From Camelus ferus (taxonomy: Eukaryota): a DNA stretch of 64,000 bases. Location of the stretch: the NCBI RefSeq assembly GCF_009834535.1, contig NC_045704.1, forward strand, positions 66,588,001-66,652,000, read 5' to 3'. The translations under genes were made by a program, and so were the position numbers. The notes below the pieces were generated by a model. The model ran no database searches and was not told where the DNA came from. It saw nothing but the letters and a program-made list of their open reading frames with translations. Positions within the stretch are counted from its first letter, which is position 1; every line of letters starts with the position of its first letter. Below are positions 1 through 13,800 of this stretch, piece after piece.

Positions 1-157
1 CCTGTTGATGTCCCAGACATCCTGGAACAGAGATGAGCCATCCTTGCTGTGTGCTTTCTGAATCTCTGACCCACAGAGTCCATACGCCTAACAAAATGGT
101 TGGGTTTTTGGCCACGAAATTTGTGCTGTTTGTTACGTAGCACTGGTAATGGTAACA
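1..157 (+). mobile_element. MaLR LTR (MLT1 family) 3' end, truncated by window edge
   Basis: tctgacccacagagtcc...aaaatggttgggtttttggccacgaaatttg...tttgttacgtagca...taaca resembles the MLT1 U5 terminus. Confidence 0.7.
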
Positions 158-2955
158 GTCCCACTGCAACCGCAGGAAAACACCGAGCACTGTGCTTGCT
201 CTGTTCCAGGCACCATGGCAAGTACCTCGCATACTCACTCGACTGCGTCCTGACCACATCTCAGGGAGGAAGTCGTGCTCTCCCATCTCGCAGTGAGGAA
301 CCTGCTGATCGGAGGGGCTCACGAGTCCCTCAGGTTCCACAGGGATTAAGAGGCAGGGCCAGGACCGAGCCTGGGTCTGGCCTGACTACGAAGCCCCCGC
401 TGAGCTGCAGCTGAGTCCTCCTGGGTAGTGGGTGACAGCGGGACTGTCCCCACCACCCCTGGACCCACAGTGCCCGGGCCTTTCCCCGAAGCCCAGTATG
501 TCTGGTTCCTCCCGTTCCTCCTTTCCCCACTTGCCACTAACCATCTCCTTCTTCCAAGAGCTGGAAAGAAACCTCTTCATTTTCCTGACTCAGCCAGCCT
601 TCAGGTTGGCTTGGCTACTAGCCCCACGGAGGCTTTAGTACTCAGGCGGCCACTCTGCCCCTTCCTGTGGCTCCCACAGCCGTGCAGCTTTACCTCACAA
701 GCCCTCTTTGCCTCACAGGCCAAGCCCATCAGACTAGTTTTTTCTGAGCTGCAGGGGGAAAATAACAAATAATTCACAGAGCAAATCATTCACACAACCT
801 GGTCTCAAAAACAGGCTGTGTGACCCAGTTGTTCTTGGCCCCAGAGCCACTAGCACACTTGTGACAAACTACCCAGAAAGTTCTCTCCACATGGATGATC
901 TCATCCCACCCTCGTGGGCCGCGAGCCCCCAGACTGCTCCGACGTGAGGGTGTGCGGCGCAGGCTGCCGCCCCGGCAAGGCCTTTCCCGCCTGAAAGGGC
1001 GAATCCACACCCGCGTTGGCCCTGGTACCCACAGATCCCCTGAAGCTGCGGATCCATCCACGGACCCCGATAAAGGCACGTGTGTCTGAGCGCCTTCAAG
1101 AGCAGCGCTCAGCACGCACCTCCGTGCCTTGCACCTGAAGGTCTCCTTCGGCTGCTCACGTGAATCCTCTGAGCAGCACCACCTGCACGCGGCTCAGCCA
1201 GCCCTCGGCAAAGCCACACCTCAGGCACCTCCTGCTGCCAAGAGGCCACTCCTCAAAGACAGACGTGAAAGAAGGTCGGCACGCACTCGTCCACTTCAAA
1301 CTGTCGCTGCCACGGAGCGTGAAGGGAGCCGGCTCTGGGCCCCAGCAGGGGGACCCCCCGGGCAGCGCAGGCCTCGGCCCGCCATGTGAGCGCCCCGGGA
1401 AGGGCTGCGGCTAACAGCCAGCGCCGCTGAGCTCGCAGGCCTCCCAGCTCACCCGTGCGGAGACCGGCCCCAGGGCCTCGTGCGCGCCACGCAGCAGCTC
1501 CGCCTGGGCCTCCCCCTCCCCCGGGCCCGGCCTCGGAAGCACCGGGACACGTCGGCCGACGCCTGGCCTCGCGTGCCTGACCTCATGTGCAGATAAAGAC
1601 GTCTGTTCTCAGCCTTGACTTCAGGGACCTCACCAGGTGTCAACAGGTTGTGACAAGTCACTTATTGTCAATAATAGGAAGCACCAAAGATTTGAAATAA
1701 GAGCAGATGCGTGATTGTAATACAATATTGTTGCTCAGTGAGGTCATGATTTTCCCATCTGACACCCACAGCAAGGAAACTCGTTCTGACACAGGAAAAG
1801 GGTTGGAGAGGGACAGTCTGAGCTCTGTGAGTGGCACATGATGAATGTCACACTCGGAGGGCCGTCTGTGCTGCACCCTGAGGGAAAAGGCAGAGAACTG
1901 CTGTGAGCCCAGCGAGGGCCGGGTATGCACAGAACCACCCTCCACACGACCAACAGAGGGGCCGCCTCTCCCCTGCCTCACAGAGAAGGACTAGCCAGTG
2001 GTGGCTGCCTTTCAAGAAGCCGCCAAAGCTGAAGGGATGGTTGTCATTGGACTCTGGCGAGATTTTGTTCATTTACTGTTTGTTTAGGAAAAAAACGGTC
2101 CACCGGCTCCAGCTGTGGCAGTGTCTGCTCCTGGGAGCGTCCCCCTCCAGCTGACATCTCACAGGTGACCCGGGATGAATCACGTGGTGAATCTCTCCAG
2201 TAACAGCAATGCTGTCTATTTCCATAGCGCTGTCAGCTTACAGAGCATTTCCACACCCGCTGGCTCTGGTAGGTTCAGCTTCAAGACCCCGTGGAGTGGG
2301 TCTTACTGCCAGCTACACGTGAAGGAGTCACCTCGGAGGGGGCTTGCTCCCAGTCCACAGCAGGTGAGTGACAGAGCTGGGACTCAAGTCCAGGTCTTCT
2401 GTTTCCAAACTGCGTTTCTTGCATTACACCCAGGTTGTGCTACACCCAACCTCGTGAGGGTGACGGACAAAGATGCCACGTCTAAAGGGAGTTCAGGCTT
2501 GCATGCTGTTGGATGGAGGTCTCGCTGGCACATGGAAGCCTGTTTCTCTGTAGCGGTGGGACACCAACTTCTCTCTGCTTATTCTGTTTTCTTGGCTTTG
2601 TCTTGGCAGCCCTCTTGCAGAATTTCCTTTGCCTTAAGTACATCCACCCCTCAACACACACACACAAATACACACCCCCCCACCCAGGGCTTTTCCAGAC
2701 CTGGCAGGAGGGAATACTTCCATTTAGAACTTTAATAAACAGCCCAAACCAGGGACTGCCTGAGAACCCCAGGTCTTACCTCATGCTACTGGAAGGCCGG
2801 AACACCTACCAGCTACCACAGACTTAAAAGTTCTTTAATGGTTGCTACTGAGCTCCTTTGCATGTGGACTTAAGGGTACTTTAAAGTGGCTTAAATCACA
2901 GGAAATCTAGCAGAGAAGACGGGTTAAAAATGGTCCCACACCTTTGCCCCTTCTT

Positions 2956-2956
<1 letters not shown>

Positions 2957-3014
<58 letters not shown>
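2957..3014. repeat. (CA)29 microsatellite
   Basis: Perfect CA dinucleotide run seen directly. Confidence 0.98.
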
Positions 3015-3017
<3 letters not shown>

Positions 3018-6000
3018 CTACCCCTATCCTACACACCTGGGTCAGGCAGTGGCTTTGTGACTAAGATGCTCCACCCAGGGGAGAATGTGGTGCTCAGACT
3101 GTTCTCTGGGCTCTGCTCATCAACCGCCAGTGAAAGTCCAGGACAAAGTGTGTCTTAATCAAAGTGCTTCTTGAACTTCACACTGAATGGCCATGTGAAG
3201 GGTGACTGTAGCACCCTCACAGTCAGAGAAGTGGAACTTTTTGGGTTTGTTAATGCTGAGTCTGGGCTCAGGGTTCGAAGGCTGCATGGAATTCTGCCCT
3301 GTACGTACTGAACTGCTCGGTCAGTCTTCCCAGAAAAAACGCCCGCGTCCTACCATGTTTCTTCATCTTCAGTCTTGTTGACACAGGGGTCGTTGAGAGC
3401 CTGAGTCTGAGGCTCAGATGCACCTTCGTTGTCTGTGCACGAAGGGCAAGGTGCAGAGCAACCAGATACAAGTGATGGCATATGGTCATTGGGGGGGACC
3501 TCTGGCATTTCTACAGCACTTCATCTTTCTGGGCAGCTTGCGTGCTGCCCTTTGACCCACCCAACACATCTTAGAGGTGAAGTTGAGCTAGGCTTTTTAT
3601 CGTCATTACAATGAGGAATTCGAAATTTATAGATATATAAAGAAACACAGGGTGAGAGTGCGTATGTGCATGCCTGAGTGTATGTGTGCACATCACACAC
3701 ACGCACGTGCTCAGAAAGGAGGAAACGTTTCATCATTTTAAATTACCTAAGAGGACATCTGATGATAGGGGCCATTATATCATGTAACTTTTTTGCTTAT
3801 TATTCCATATCAGGGTCATCCGGAGTCACACGGGCTCCAGGGATCAGACCGAACACAGTGGGAAACCCCACAGGCAGGAGCCAGCCTGCAACTGAAGTTC
3901 ACCTGCTCTGGACAAGTAAGCGGGGGGAGACCCTGCCCCCCATTACAAGGGCTGCATGGCCATCCTGTCCAGAGCCTCTGACAATGTGAGTGCGTGATGG
4001 AGAGCCGTCAGCAGCACAGACAAAATGCACAGAACTGGTCATCAGAACTGCAGAGCAGTGTGCCACCCTAAAGGACAAAACTGAGCTGCCTTTTAACTGC
4101 ATGTGGTGTTCCAGAATTGGGTTTTCCTCCTTGTGTGCCAGGGCCCTTGGCAGCAGGAGTTGCCCCTCTTCTAGAAAACAGCAGCTGGTCCAGAGTCATC
4201 CAAGGGCTCCTCTTGGGGTGCTCACTCTTACCCCCCTCCCCCCACTCTATCTCTGCAACACCAACTCTCTGCTACCCCCGAGTGGCACCGAGCCCTCCTT
4301 CGCTACCTGCTCGAAAGCAGCCTGGCGGCCACCCTGGAGAGCCCATCACACGCTTTGTGTTCCGCAAGTCCTTGTAAACTTTGTGTTGGCATTTTCCGTC
4401 TCCCTGGGGGCTCTTGGGGTAAAAAGGTGAGGAACAAGTCGTGTCTCGTGCTGGTTTTCCAGCTTCATCTGAGATTATTATAGAGATACATTAAAAAAAT
4501 TATTTTTAAACAAAAACATTAACAGAAACTGAAGGGGCCTGGGTTCGTTCCTAAGAGGTAATGTAGCGTTTGGACAGATGTGTGTCTGTGGCCCCGTCCC
4601 TCTTCCACTGCGCGCACCACGGGGAACGCCCAGGCACGGCCCCTGGAGAGGGTTGGAATGATTTTTGGTACCAGCAACCCTCAGAGAGTCCCATGGCTTT
4701 TACAACTAGTCCCTTGCATTCCCATGGCTTCCGTATCAGACACCGTGTAAAAGTTAGCCTCCAATGTGAGGTCCCTGGCCTTACAAATTTACACCCTAGG
4801 CTTCTAGAGTTGCCTGGAATGGGCAAGGGAGATGCAGAGCTGCTCTGGGCTCTTGGAGGTTGGGGCTGGGGGACCTGAGGTGCGTGCTGTGACCAGCTGT
4901 GGTGCCAGCTCAGCCCCCAGGTCAGGAAGTCACTGTGGTTGGGGTCTGATGTGTAAGTGAGTGTTTCTGGCCTCTGAGTTCTCAGAAAACAGTGCCTTTG
5001 GGTATCTTGCTCCGGCACAAAGAGGAAGACCCTCACTCCTGGCTCCTGTCATAGTCGGGGGCTTGTGTTCAGACTGAGGAAATCCAGTGATCTTCCAAAA
5101 GGAGCGCACTTGGTTTGGGGCCTGGCTGGGGGATGAAGTCAGGCCACAGAGCTGGGGTGAGGCCTAGCTGGCGTCTCCCTTCCGCTCCCCTCTCTTCCAG
5201 GAGACCACACAGCAGCTCCTGGCTTCTCTCCCCTCTTATCTTATTCTCTTATCTGTTGCATTTGCATCTCACTCACTCCGAGGAGCTGGCTAACAGCGAG
5301 TCTAGCTGCGTAACTGCCCATCTGACTTCAGATGGAGGGAAGCAGTGGCTTGGCGAGGTGCGTTTGCCCCGGCAACCAGGAATAAGGCTGCTTCTGCAGC
5401 ATCAAAGAGCTGACCCTCTCTAGACAGCATCGGGGCTCCCTCGGACTTCTCCTCCTCTCCTTGACCCACAGCAGGAGCAGACAACCCCCCACGGGATGCA
5501 CAGGGCCGGGCAGGCATCCGTCAGAGTTAACTCCTCCCCGGGTCACTCCTTCCCCAACCTCCCAGCCTCCCGGACAGAGGGCCTCCCCACATTGCGTCTC
5601 CCACCACCCAGCCTCCCTGCTGGTGTGGAGCCTGCAGACCACCCAGGCCTGGACCTCAGCGCTGACAGTCCTCCTGTCCAGTATCTCTCAGTGTCAGGGG
5701 TCGGCTTCCCTGGGAAACAGACTTTGGGACGGAGATTTACACACAAGTGGTTCCCTGAGGAGTGTGCTTGGGAAGGACACCGAGGTGGGGAGAGAAGCAG
5801 CCTCGCACACGGGGGCGAGCAGCGTGCAGTCAGCACAGAGAGCTCAGCTGATCCCCCGGGAGCTCTGAAGCTGAGGGGCCCTTCAGAGAGGTGCCGGATG
5901 GAGGCAAAGGGCTGAGAGCATGCACCTCTGCATCGTCCAGGCACTGGATGCAGCTGTCCCTGCGGTGGGGGCATAACCTTGTTCTTTGGGGAGGAATCCA

Positions 6001-7669
6001 GCTGGCCCCCTATCAGCAGACAACACTCTTGTCAGCCAGGAGAACGAGGGCCTCGGTCCTGAAGGGAGATCTGCGCAGCACATCCCCACCAGGGCGCAGA
6101 GAAAGAGGATGACCAGTTCCCCCTGCTCCGGGTCAACCCCTTGGCCTGACCTGTCAGGAGACCCGGCCAGGGGAGGAGAGATGGAGGGTTTCCAGGGAGC
6201 GTCAGCTGAGAGCTGCTGGGCAGGCGTGGCCGGCGGAAGATAAACTGGCTGCCATCGTGGGGATGGAGTGCACATGACCTGCCTTAAGCCCAAGTGGGTC
6301 TAACACACCCAAAGAATTTGTCTGAGAAAAGCCCCTAGTTGGGAGCTGGTTTTAGGATGGTCTAAATCTATGCCACTCTATTGTGTTTCCAAAGGGTTAC
6401 TGCAGCTAATAGCCGACACGCTGCTCTGAGCTTCCTGGTAAATGCCATTTGTAAATGACATGGGACCCCAGGAGGAGAACATGTGAGAAATACTGACCAA
6501 AGGAGCAATGTCTGCCTATCTTTCATCTTTCTTATGTGTATTTATCTTCTCCTTCCAAATAACCTGAGTTCCCCAAGTCCCTTAAATCAGGTCCAGCTTG
6601 GGTCTCCGCTCTCTGTTCACCACCGGGGCACCATCGCCTCATCTTTATTTTTCCATCTCATTTGGGAGGAAGGACGGGGTGGGGGGATGTTGGTGACTGA
6701 GGAGGGGCTGTTGGGGGATAGAACGAGAGACGTTCTGCTCTCTGCCACTGCCAACCCTTCTCCAAACCCAGTGGGAGAGTGCTTGGTTGAGGCAGGTGAA
6801 CTGTGGAAGGTTCCAGGCCTGCGTGCCCCAGCCGAGAGTGCTCATCGGCATAGCTGAGAGCACCCTGCTGCCCCTCCCCCTGACACTACTGTGCAGAACT
6901 GGGCATAACACCCGCTCGTCACCCCGCCAGCTAACCTCCCAGAGTGTGGCTGAGGCGACGGCAGCCTGTGAAACAGTCAGCCGGACTCTGCAGCCGTGTG
7001 TCAAGTGTGGCAAGGGTGAAATGTTGCCCCATCGGTCCAGAAGGGCCTTTGACACCAACAAAGAGCCATTATGACAACAGGAAGGGCCGAAAGCCAGGGA
7101 CCGAAGGGGTCTCTCTCCTCTCCCCTTCAAGACAGAGAGAGATGGTAACCCTGCGGTGCTTGGCTGACTCCCCAGCAACACCCGTCAGGCCCCTGCAGCC
7201 TCCCCTCCCCGTCCCAGCCCCCCATCCCCGCCGGACCCAGGAGGGCAGGAGTCGCTCTTGGCTGGAAGGCTGCCTGCCTGGCCAGGTCAGGGGTGGTGCC
7301 TGGACCCGTCACCAAGTGGCTTCTGGTCCTGGAGGAAGCGGCCTTTGGGCTGGGAACGCTGCAGGAGCCTCACGGGGGATTTTTGTTTTTTCAAGCCTAC
7401 GGCTTTTTCTTCCATTTTTCATTCCAGCCGCGTTTCAATAATCACATGACACACGTTTATTGAAAACCCATTAACCCCAACACTCGGGAAAACCCTTGCT
7501 CTCCTCACACACTGCTTCTTCCACCCCTAAGGTCCTCCTCCCTCCTCTCCGCAGAGACACCCTTCAAGACCCAGCCTGAGGCCCACTCTCTCTTGAAGCT
7601 GTCCTTGTCACCTCCGTGGCTATGAGCTTCCCTTATGATCACGTCATTGCACGATCTGGACACTTCTAC

Positions 7670-7885
7670 AATAGCTAACATTTACTGAATACTTACTGCG
7701 CACCAGGCTCTATTCTAAGTGCTCTACGTGTAAAACTCATCTAAATCTCATAAGAACCATATGAAGCAGACATTATTTCTCCCATTTCACAGATGAGGAA
7801 ATCAAGGGTCAGAGAGGTTAAGTAACCTGCCCAAGGTCACACAGCTAGTAAGTGGTAGAGCAAGCATTTGAATCTAGGCAGGTGG
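7670..7885 (-). mobile_element. MIR SINE
   Basis: MIR core: cccatttcacagatgaggaaatcaagggtcagagaggttaagtaacctgcccaaggtcacacagctagtaagtgg. Confidence 0.9.
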
Positions 7886-8047
7886 ATTTCAAACATCACC
7901 CTCTCAAGTAATATGCTGTCATTACACTGCTTCTCAATGGCTTCCCACAGCTCTCAGGAGAGCGTCCAAACTCCTCAGCACTCGAGGCCCCTCATTTTAG
8001 ACTCCCCCCTTTTCGTTTGCCGACATGCACCCCTCACTCCCCCATCC

Positions 8048-8250
8048 CAGAGAGGTGTGCTAGTAAACGTTTAACAACTGGCTCTCTGGAAAATAAAGCC
8101 CTGATGTGTAGCATTTGCCCATCTGCACGGTGTAAATACCCCACCATGGCCGATTTCAGGCTGTGACTATGACATCACTGAACGAGGAGCTGGGACGGGA
8201 TGCACGCAGCCAGCTGGCAGGAGTGGGCTATGGGCTCAGGCACACCGCAG
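8048..8250 (-). mobile_element. MER63A-like hAT-Blackjack MITE
   Basis: Termini cagagaggtgtgctagtaaacgtttaacaac ... ggctcaggcacaccgcag; internal ccaccatggccgatttcagg; ~200 bp. Confidence 0.7.
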
Positions 8251-9299
8251 ACTCCATACGTCTCTATCACCCTCCATGACTCTGCCCAGCAAGGACAGTG
8301 TGCCTTGGACCACAAGCCACCCATCCACCTGGTCACTGACCCATGGTTCACGTGTGGATCTGGAAAGCTCCAGCAAAAGTCCACATTCATTTCCTCTTGC
8401 TCACCACCCACCTCTGGCAGCCTGAGGGCTGAGATCACCAACTAGGACGTGAAAGCTGATGGCCATCCTTCAGACAGGCACCTGTCCTCCGCTTGCCACA
8501 GCAGGTTTCACCTACCACAGCCCTGCCCTCCACCCAGAACAGCCCATCCACAGTAGTCAGGACTTCACCCCTGGGACGTAACGCCTGAGTCTCAGAGCAT
8601 CACTGCTGCCCCGGCTGCACCCTGGCCAGAGAGGTCCTGGCCACTCACCTGTGGACATCCATCCTTAGCCTCTCCCTGTCTCAGCCCACCCACACTTCCT
8701 GGGTGCCATCTCTTCTCCTTATTTCATGTGATGATGGCCCCCGCATGTGGACGTCACCGGCCCTCCGCCCAGACGTCCCGCAGGCACCTCCCGCCCAGCA
8801 GCTCTCAGGCCTCATCCATCCTCTTTATCCGCAGACTCATTCCTTACTCTGTAGTCTCCTCTCTGTGCCTCAAGCCCCAGGCCCCGTCCACAGTCCCCTG
8901 GGGCAAGTGTCCTCCCGGCTGTGGCATGTGTGTGGGGTCTCCTGACCAAGCGAGAGCTCACCCGGAGCCCAAGCAGCCCCCCGGATGGCTGTCCCTGCTC
9001 AGAAGCTGGAGAGCTTCCTGCCAGGCATGGGCCAGAACGGACTTCCTGGGCTGTTCCTGGGGAAACAGGTTGTAATTGTTTCCTTCAGACCAGGCAGTTT
9101 ACCCAAAGCAGGTGCTTCCTTTCCCTTCATCTGCCCCTGATGCAAAGTGCAGTAACCCACAGGACACTGGGCATGGCTTGGAGGGACATTTTCTTGTTAA
9201 TTAAATATTTACTGTATCACTACGTAAATCATACGCACCATGTAAGAACGCCAGTTTTGGCTGCTTATGACTGAATGTTAATGCCTCCCACTGAGACCT

Positions 9300-9530
9300 C
9301 AGCAACCCCCTGTCCTTGTGAGTCTGAGTCTAGGGGCGCCTGGGGCTGTCTCTCTGGGGTCACCAGTGCGCATCTTCAAACGTGGTGCCAGCTCACAGGG
9401 AAACGGGGCAGCAGGTCAAACACAAGGAAAGTTTATTCAGGGGAGGGGGTTCTAGCTTCACGGCGGAGCCATCGAACAGCACTGGGGACCCCTCCAAACT
9501 GGTCTAGACCACCTGAGTCAGTGAATTAAA
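9300..9530 (-). mobile_element. Possible ERV LTR fragment
   Basis: On the - strand AATAAACTTTCCTTGTGTTTG followed by U5-like sequence; family not recognised. Confidence 0.3.
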
Positions 9531-10621
9531 AGCACTTCAGAGAAGTGTAGTTTGGGGACAAAGTTTGTGTGTGTGCACGTGTGTGTGTGTAGAAGGGTGA
9601 CCACCCTCCTCAGTTTCAGAGGTGGTGCTGATAATGACCAGGCTGCCACATGCCTTTCCAGCCAGATCCGGGGGGAAGAGTGCCAGGAGGTGGGCAACCA
9701 GAACTCCCCAAAGACTCCTCTGCCCGGACTTTTCTTTCTGACTATAGGAATGCTGGTCACTCTGCTGCCTGGGCCACTGAGCTCTGCCCAGAGAAGGTCC
9801 TGGCTTCAGGGTGCACCAGCCTGAGGCTGAGCGCGCCTGCCTGCCCACACGCCACCCGACTCCTCTCTCCTTAGAACCCTCTCAAGTTGTTTAGATAACC
9901 ACACGGTCTCCATTTTGACGGTATCAGCCGTAATCCTGTCGCGATAAATGGACTGTGCTGGATCTTTCTAAGTCTATCTGGTGGAGGTTTCCAGGGAAGT
10001 TTTCTGGTGCTTATCTGATCAACTGGGGCCAATTCACTAAGCTCCCAAGTAATGGAATCTGCTTTAATCTTCAAGACACTGAAACAATGACACGTAGACA
10101 AAGATGGCTGAGATAAAAATTCCTAGCACAACAAAGGCTATGTTGTAGAGACCGAGAAAGAGAAAGACCTTAGGACAGAATTTACAGCCACACGGCAGGG
10201 GAGGGGCAGGCACCTCGATCCCAAATGGCAAATACATGACGGAGGAAGAGGCCTCCTTTTCTGTTTAATGTGCTAGCACAACACTGGTTTCGAAGCAGTC
10301 AACTGGTTTTGAACCTGGTGCCAGACTACCAAGCTCCATCAAGAACTAAGAGGGATCCACAAGAACGGTGCCCCCACGCAGGGTGGGAACTGCGCAGGAG
10401 GAGGGGGAGCTTGGGAGTAGGAATTTTCGCTGTATAAGAGTCTACACTTTCTGAGTTTTAAACCATGTAAATGCATTCATAATTCCTTTATAAAATTAAA
10501 ATTTAAAAATCCGTATGAAGTTTGATTTACTCTGTTACTTTGAAAAAAATAAATATCACACCCAGTACATTTCAGTTAGGCAGATCTGAAATTAGAGGTT
10601 ACGAAAGTACATACTTCCAGG

Positions 10622-11982
10622 TGTGGAAAACACCGTTCGTCAAGGAGCTCTGAGCCCCTTAATTTGTGGTCTTAGTCTAGAGACAGGGACATTGTGGGGC
10701 TGGCGCCCTTCAGGCCTGGCTGAGGTCACCATCAGTGACAATCAATGTGACTGGCGAGCAGGTGGCTACCTGCAAGACTGTAGCATCCGAGTCAACAGCA
10801 GGGCAGTGATTAATGACCCTGTTTGTAGAGAGAAGCGCCCCTTGGAGAAGCCAAGTGCCAAGGAGGGAAGCCCTGCCCAAAAGCCGAGTGAGGCAGGAGG
10901 CAATGCGAACAGCCGCCAAAAAGCAGATGTGCAGATAGAAGGAAACTGGGAGAGGAACCCATGCCAAAGGGTGAGCTAAGCCAGGAAAGAAAATTGCACC
11001 CTGGTGGGTTTCAGCTGTGAAGTGTGCTGTAGAAACCTACACGGTTCACACGAGCAAATCAGGGAGAGGGGCTGGCCGTGTGGACAAGCTGAAAAGTGTC
11101 CAGGGGAGAGGCTAGGAAGAAAACCCCAGCACCTGCCTAGGGAAAGAGGGGGACGTGCTTGGTAAAGCAGTGAAGCTAAAAGAGAGCCGAGAGTGAGATC
11201 TGGTCACCCGGAGGAGAACGCAGAAACAAAGGAAGCGGGGGACTGTGTGAAGAAGAAAAGTTGACACCAAAAAGCCAGCAGCAGAGAGAGCTTTGGATTC
11301 TGCTGCTGCCATTCCAGAACCCGTGGGGGGAGCGGAGACAGGGCGGCGCGGAGGGAGGAAGGCCGGAAGGGCTCTTCGGGGCCTGTCCTTTCATGGGGAT
11401 AAGGTGTCTGGCAGCACGCAGAATGGAGCCCTGCGCAGGAGACACGCAGGTCTCCCTTGAGTCATAAAACCTCTCCTCTGGGCCCCCGGGGGCACTCACT
11501 CTGCAGTAGGTCCCCCAAGGGACCTTAACAGTCACAGATGAAAACAATCCCTTTTAGCCCAAAGGCCGTCCTCTCTCCCCGCTCGAGGACAGACAGCAGG
11601 CTGCAAGACCTGAGATCTGAGTGTCACCCCACTGGTCCCCAGGGGCCTCCAAGCACTGGCTCAGAAAGGCCCTGGCGTGTCCGGGGCTCTGTGGGGTAAG
11701 GTCAGTGCACACACTTCCAAGACAAGCAAAGAGCCAGCTCTGTAATTTCCTGACACTGAGGGAGGAGGTGGGACGAGCACAGACCAGATAGCTTCCCAAA
11801 AAGCACAGCTGGCAAGCACAGCCACACCATGAGGCTGCAGCTCCCTGAACTAATTAAAAGGCAGAGCATGAGAATGTCTGGGTTGCTGCACAAGCATCTC
11901 TTGGGGGAAATATGTCTGTGGTATTGCATACCCAGGGCTGCCCCTTCATGTCCAAGAGCCAAGGCAGACACAGGTGGTTACA
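10622..11982 (+). mobile_element. Putative Gypsy-type LTR (MamGypLTR-like)
   Basis: TG...CA ends (tgtggaaaac ... ggtggttaca); internal motifs ccttaatttgtgg, ggcgcccttcaggcctggctgaggtcacc and ggacgtgcttgg resemble recalled MamGypLTR consensus. Confidence 0.4.
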
Positions 11983-12399
11983 GTTCAGAACTAAGTATGT
12001 GTGTGGCGATGTGTGAATGTGTCTGTGTGGCTGACGGCTGGATAAGAACTCAGGCAGAGAATTACGCTGTGTGTGATGGGAGACAGCCAAGGCCGCGGCA
12101 GGTGCTGTCTTCCCTCTGATTCCCCTCAAGGACCGAACAGGCAAAGGGCTTGAGTCGCACCACGAAGGAGCTGGTGTGGCCACTGTGGCGGCGGGCGAGG
12201 GGAGCCTCCAACTTACAAGGAGGCGTTGTAGCATATCAGTATCTGCGAAGTGTTTTTCTCTCTTTCTTTTTAAGTTTAGACGCTTACTGAGTTTAACCCT
12301 GCTTGGAGCCAGAATGCACCAAATCAACATTGAGGATTTTTTCTGTTTTGTGAATCTATGAAAAGGAAATTTATTTTGAATTCCTTCCTTGTAGTAACT

Positions 12400-13620
12400 C
12401 TGTCAGGTTTGGAAAATTCCCCTGGTGCAGAAAGCCCACAGCACTTCCGCATCTGTGGACTGGGGGTCCCAGAGGAGCCCAGCGGGCAGGGTCCTTTCAG
12501 GAGTTCTGCCCACCTCGAGGGCCACCAGGAGAACTGTTTGATGAGGGTGTTGGGAATGCAGCTGAGCTGCGGGATGCCAGATTAAACTCTGACACCAAAA
12601 AAGAGAAGGGAGCAGCGCACCCCGCATCTCTTCTCTGGGGAGGGCCCTGGTGGAGGCTGGACTTCATCCTGGAACAGTAATAGACTGTACCGTCCAGGCT
12701 CATGAGAAAGAAAGAAAGGCTTCTGAGCAAGGTAAACTGGGAGGTGCCTTAACTGTCTCTTGGCCCAGATTCCATTGGGAATTGATCCCAAGTCTTTGGT
12801 AAAGAAGATTCTAAGCTGAAACAGCAAGAAAGCCCTCTGAGGCATCTAACAGAAGAGCTGTGACCTTGCTGGGGGAGAGCCTGCCTCATCCCAGGTGGGG
12901 ACTGCCAGGCGAGGGGTAGCGCCAGCAATGCCACTGATGATGGGTGCAGGCCATCCGGACAGAGCAGAGTGTGGCTCTGATTGCAGCCTCCAGAAGACCT
13001 GAATGGTTGCTAAAAACGGCAGAAGGCCACTGGGACTCTGTCAGGTTAAAGCTGTGACTTCAGTGGGCCTGGAGTTCCAGTGGCCCTACCAAGAGGGAGC
13101 TCAGAGTCAAAGATATCTTTGCTGCCACTACATTGCCCCTTTCTGATGGTGTCCCTCAGGCTGGGGAGGTGCTATACACGTAGGATGGCATGTAACCTGG
13201 CAGCATCCCTGGAATGCATCAGAGGGTACGGTTACCCGACTTCAGAGAAAAGAAACAAAAAGGTTATCAACAATTTATCCAAACTCCATTCTGTGGAAAG
13301 ACCTGTATTAGGGAATGAGGGAGGACACTGGGCTGTGGGTGCAAACCCCAGCGCACCCTCACTTTTCTAGAGAATCAACAAATTGTTTCAGGACCACAGG
13401 CAGCAGCAGAGGAGCCCCACCTGGGTGCTCACAGCCCCACTTGCTCCTTCTTTGCCGATGGTTGTCATCTCTGGTCCCTTACGCCCAGCCCAGGCTCCCA
13501 GCGGAAGCTCTGAGGAACTTCCGAGGCCGAGCAGAGAACAGCTGAAGACCACTGCCCTGTACCTTCAGCAATGGAGTGAGAAATCAGCTGTCTTCACCCC
13601 CAAGTACTGTCCTCATCCAG
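12400..13620 (+). pseudogene. Possible decayed gag-like internal region of an LTR retroelement
   Basis: Frame from 12941 reads WVQAIRTEQSVALIAASRRPEWLLKTAEGHWDSVRLKL*LQWAW...KDIFAATTLPLSDGVPQAGEVLYT*DGM*PG...TPF (3 stops in ~125 codons), downstream of the putative LTR. Weak. Confidence 0.25.
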
Positions 13621-13639
13621 TACTAATTGTACAAGGTAA

Positions 13640-13800
13640 TGCTTATTAAGTACTTAATATATCCATGTTCTGCATTCTCACTGTATCTTTACAACCCTGT
13701 AGGGTTAATCCTACTATTATATCCATTTTATAGATGAGGAAACCGAGTTAGTCACAGAAAGGTAAGTGGTTTATCTGAGGTCACACAGGCAATCCAGTTG
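13640..13800 (-). mobile_element. MIR SINE
   Basis: tatccattttatagatgaggaaaccgag...aggtaagtggtttatctgaggtcacacag. Confidence 0.85.

Noticed and set aside
100-9900. Numerous 60-186 aa ORFs in the track
   Set aside because: Overlapping on both strands, low-complexity composition, no consistent splice structure or known motifs.
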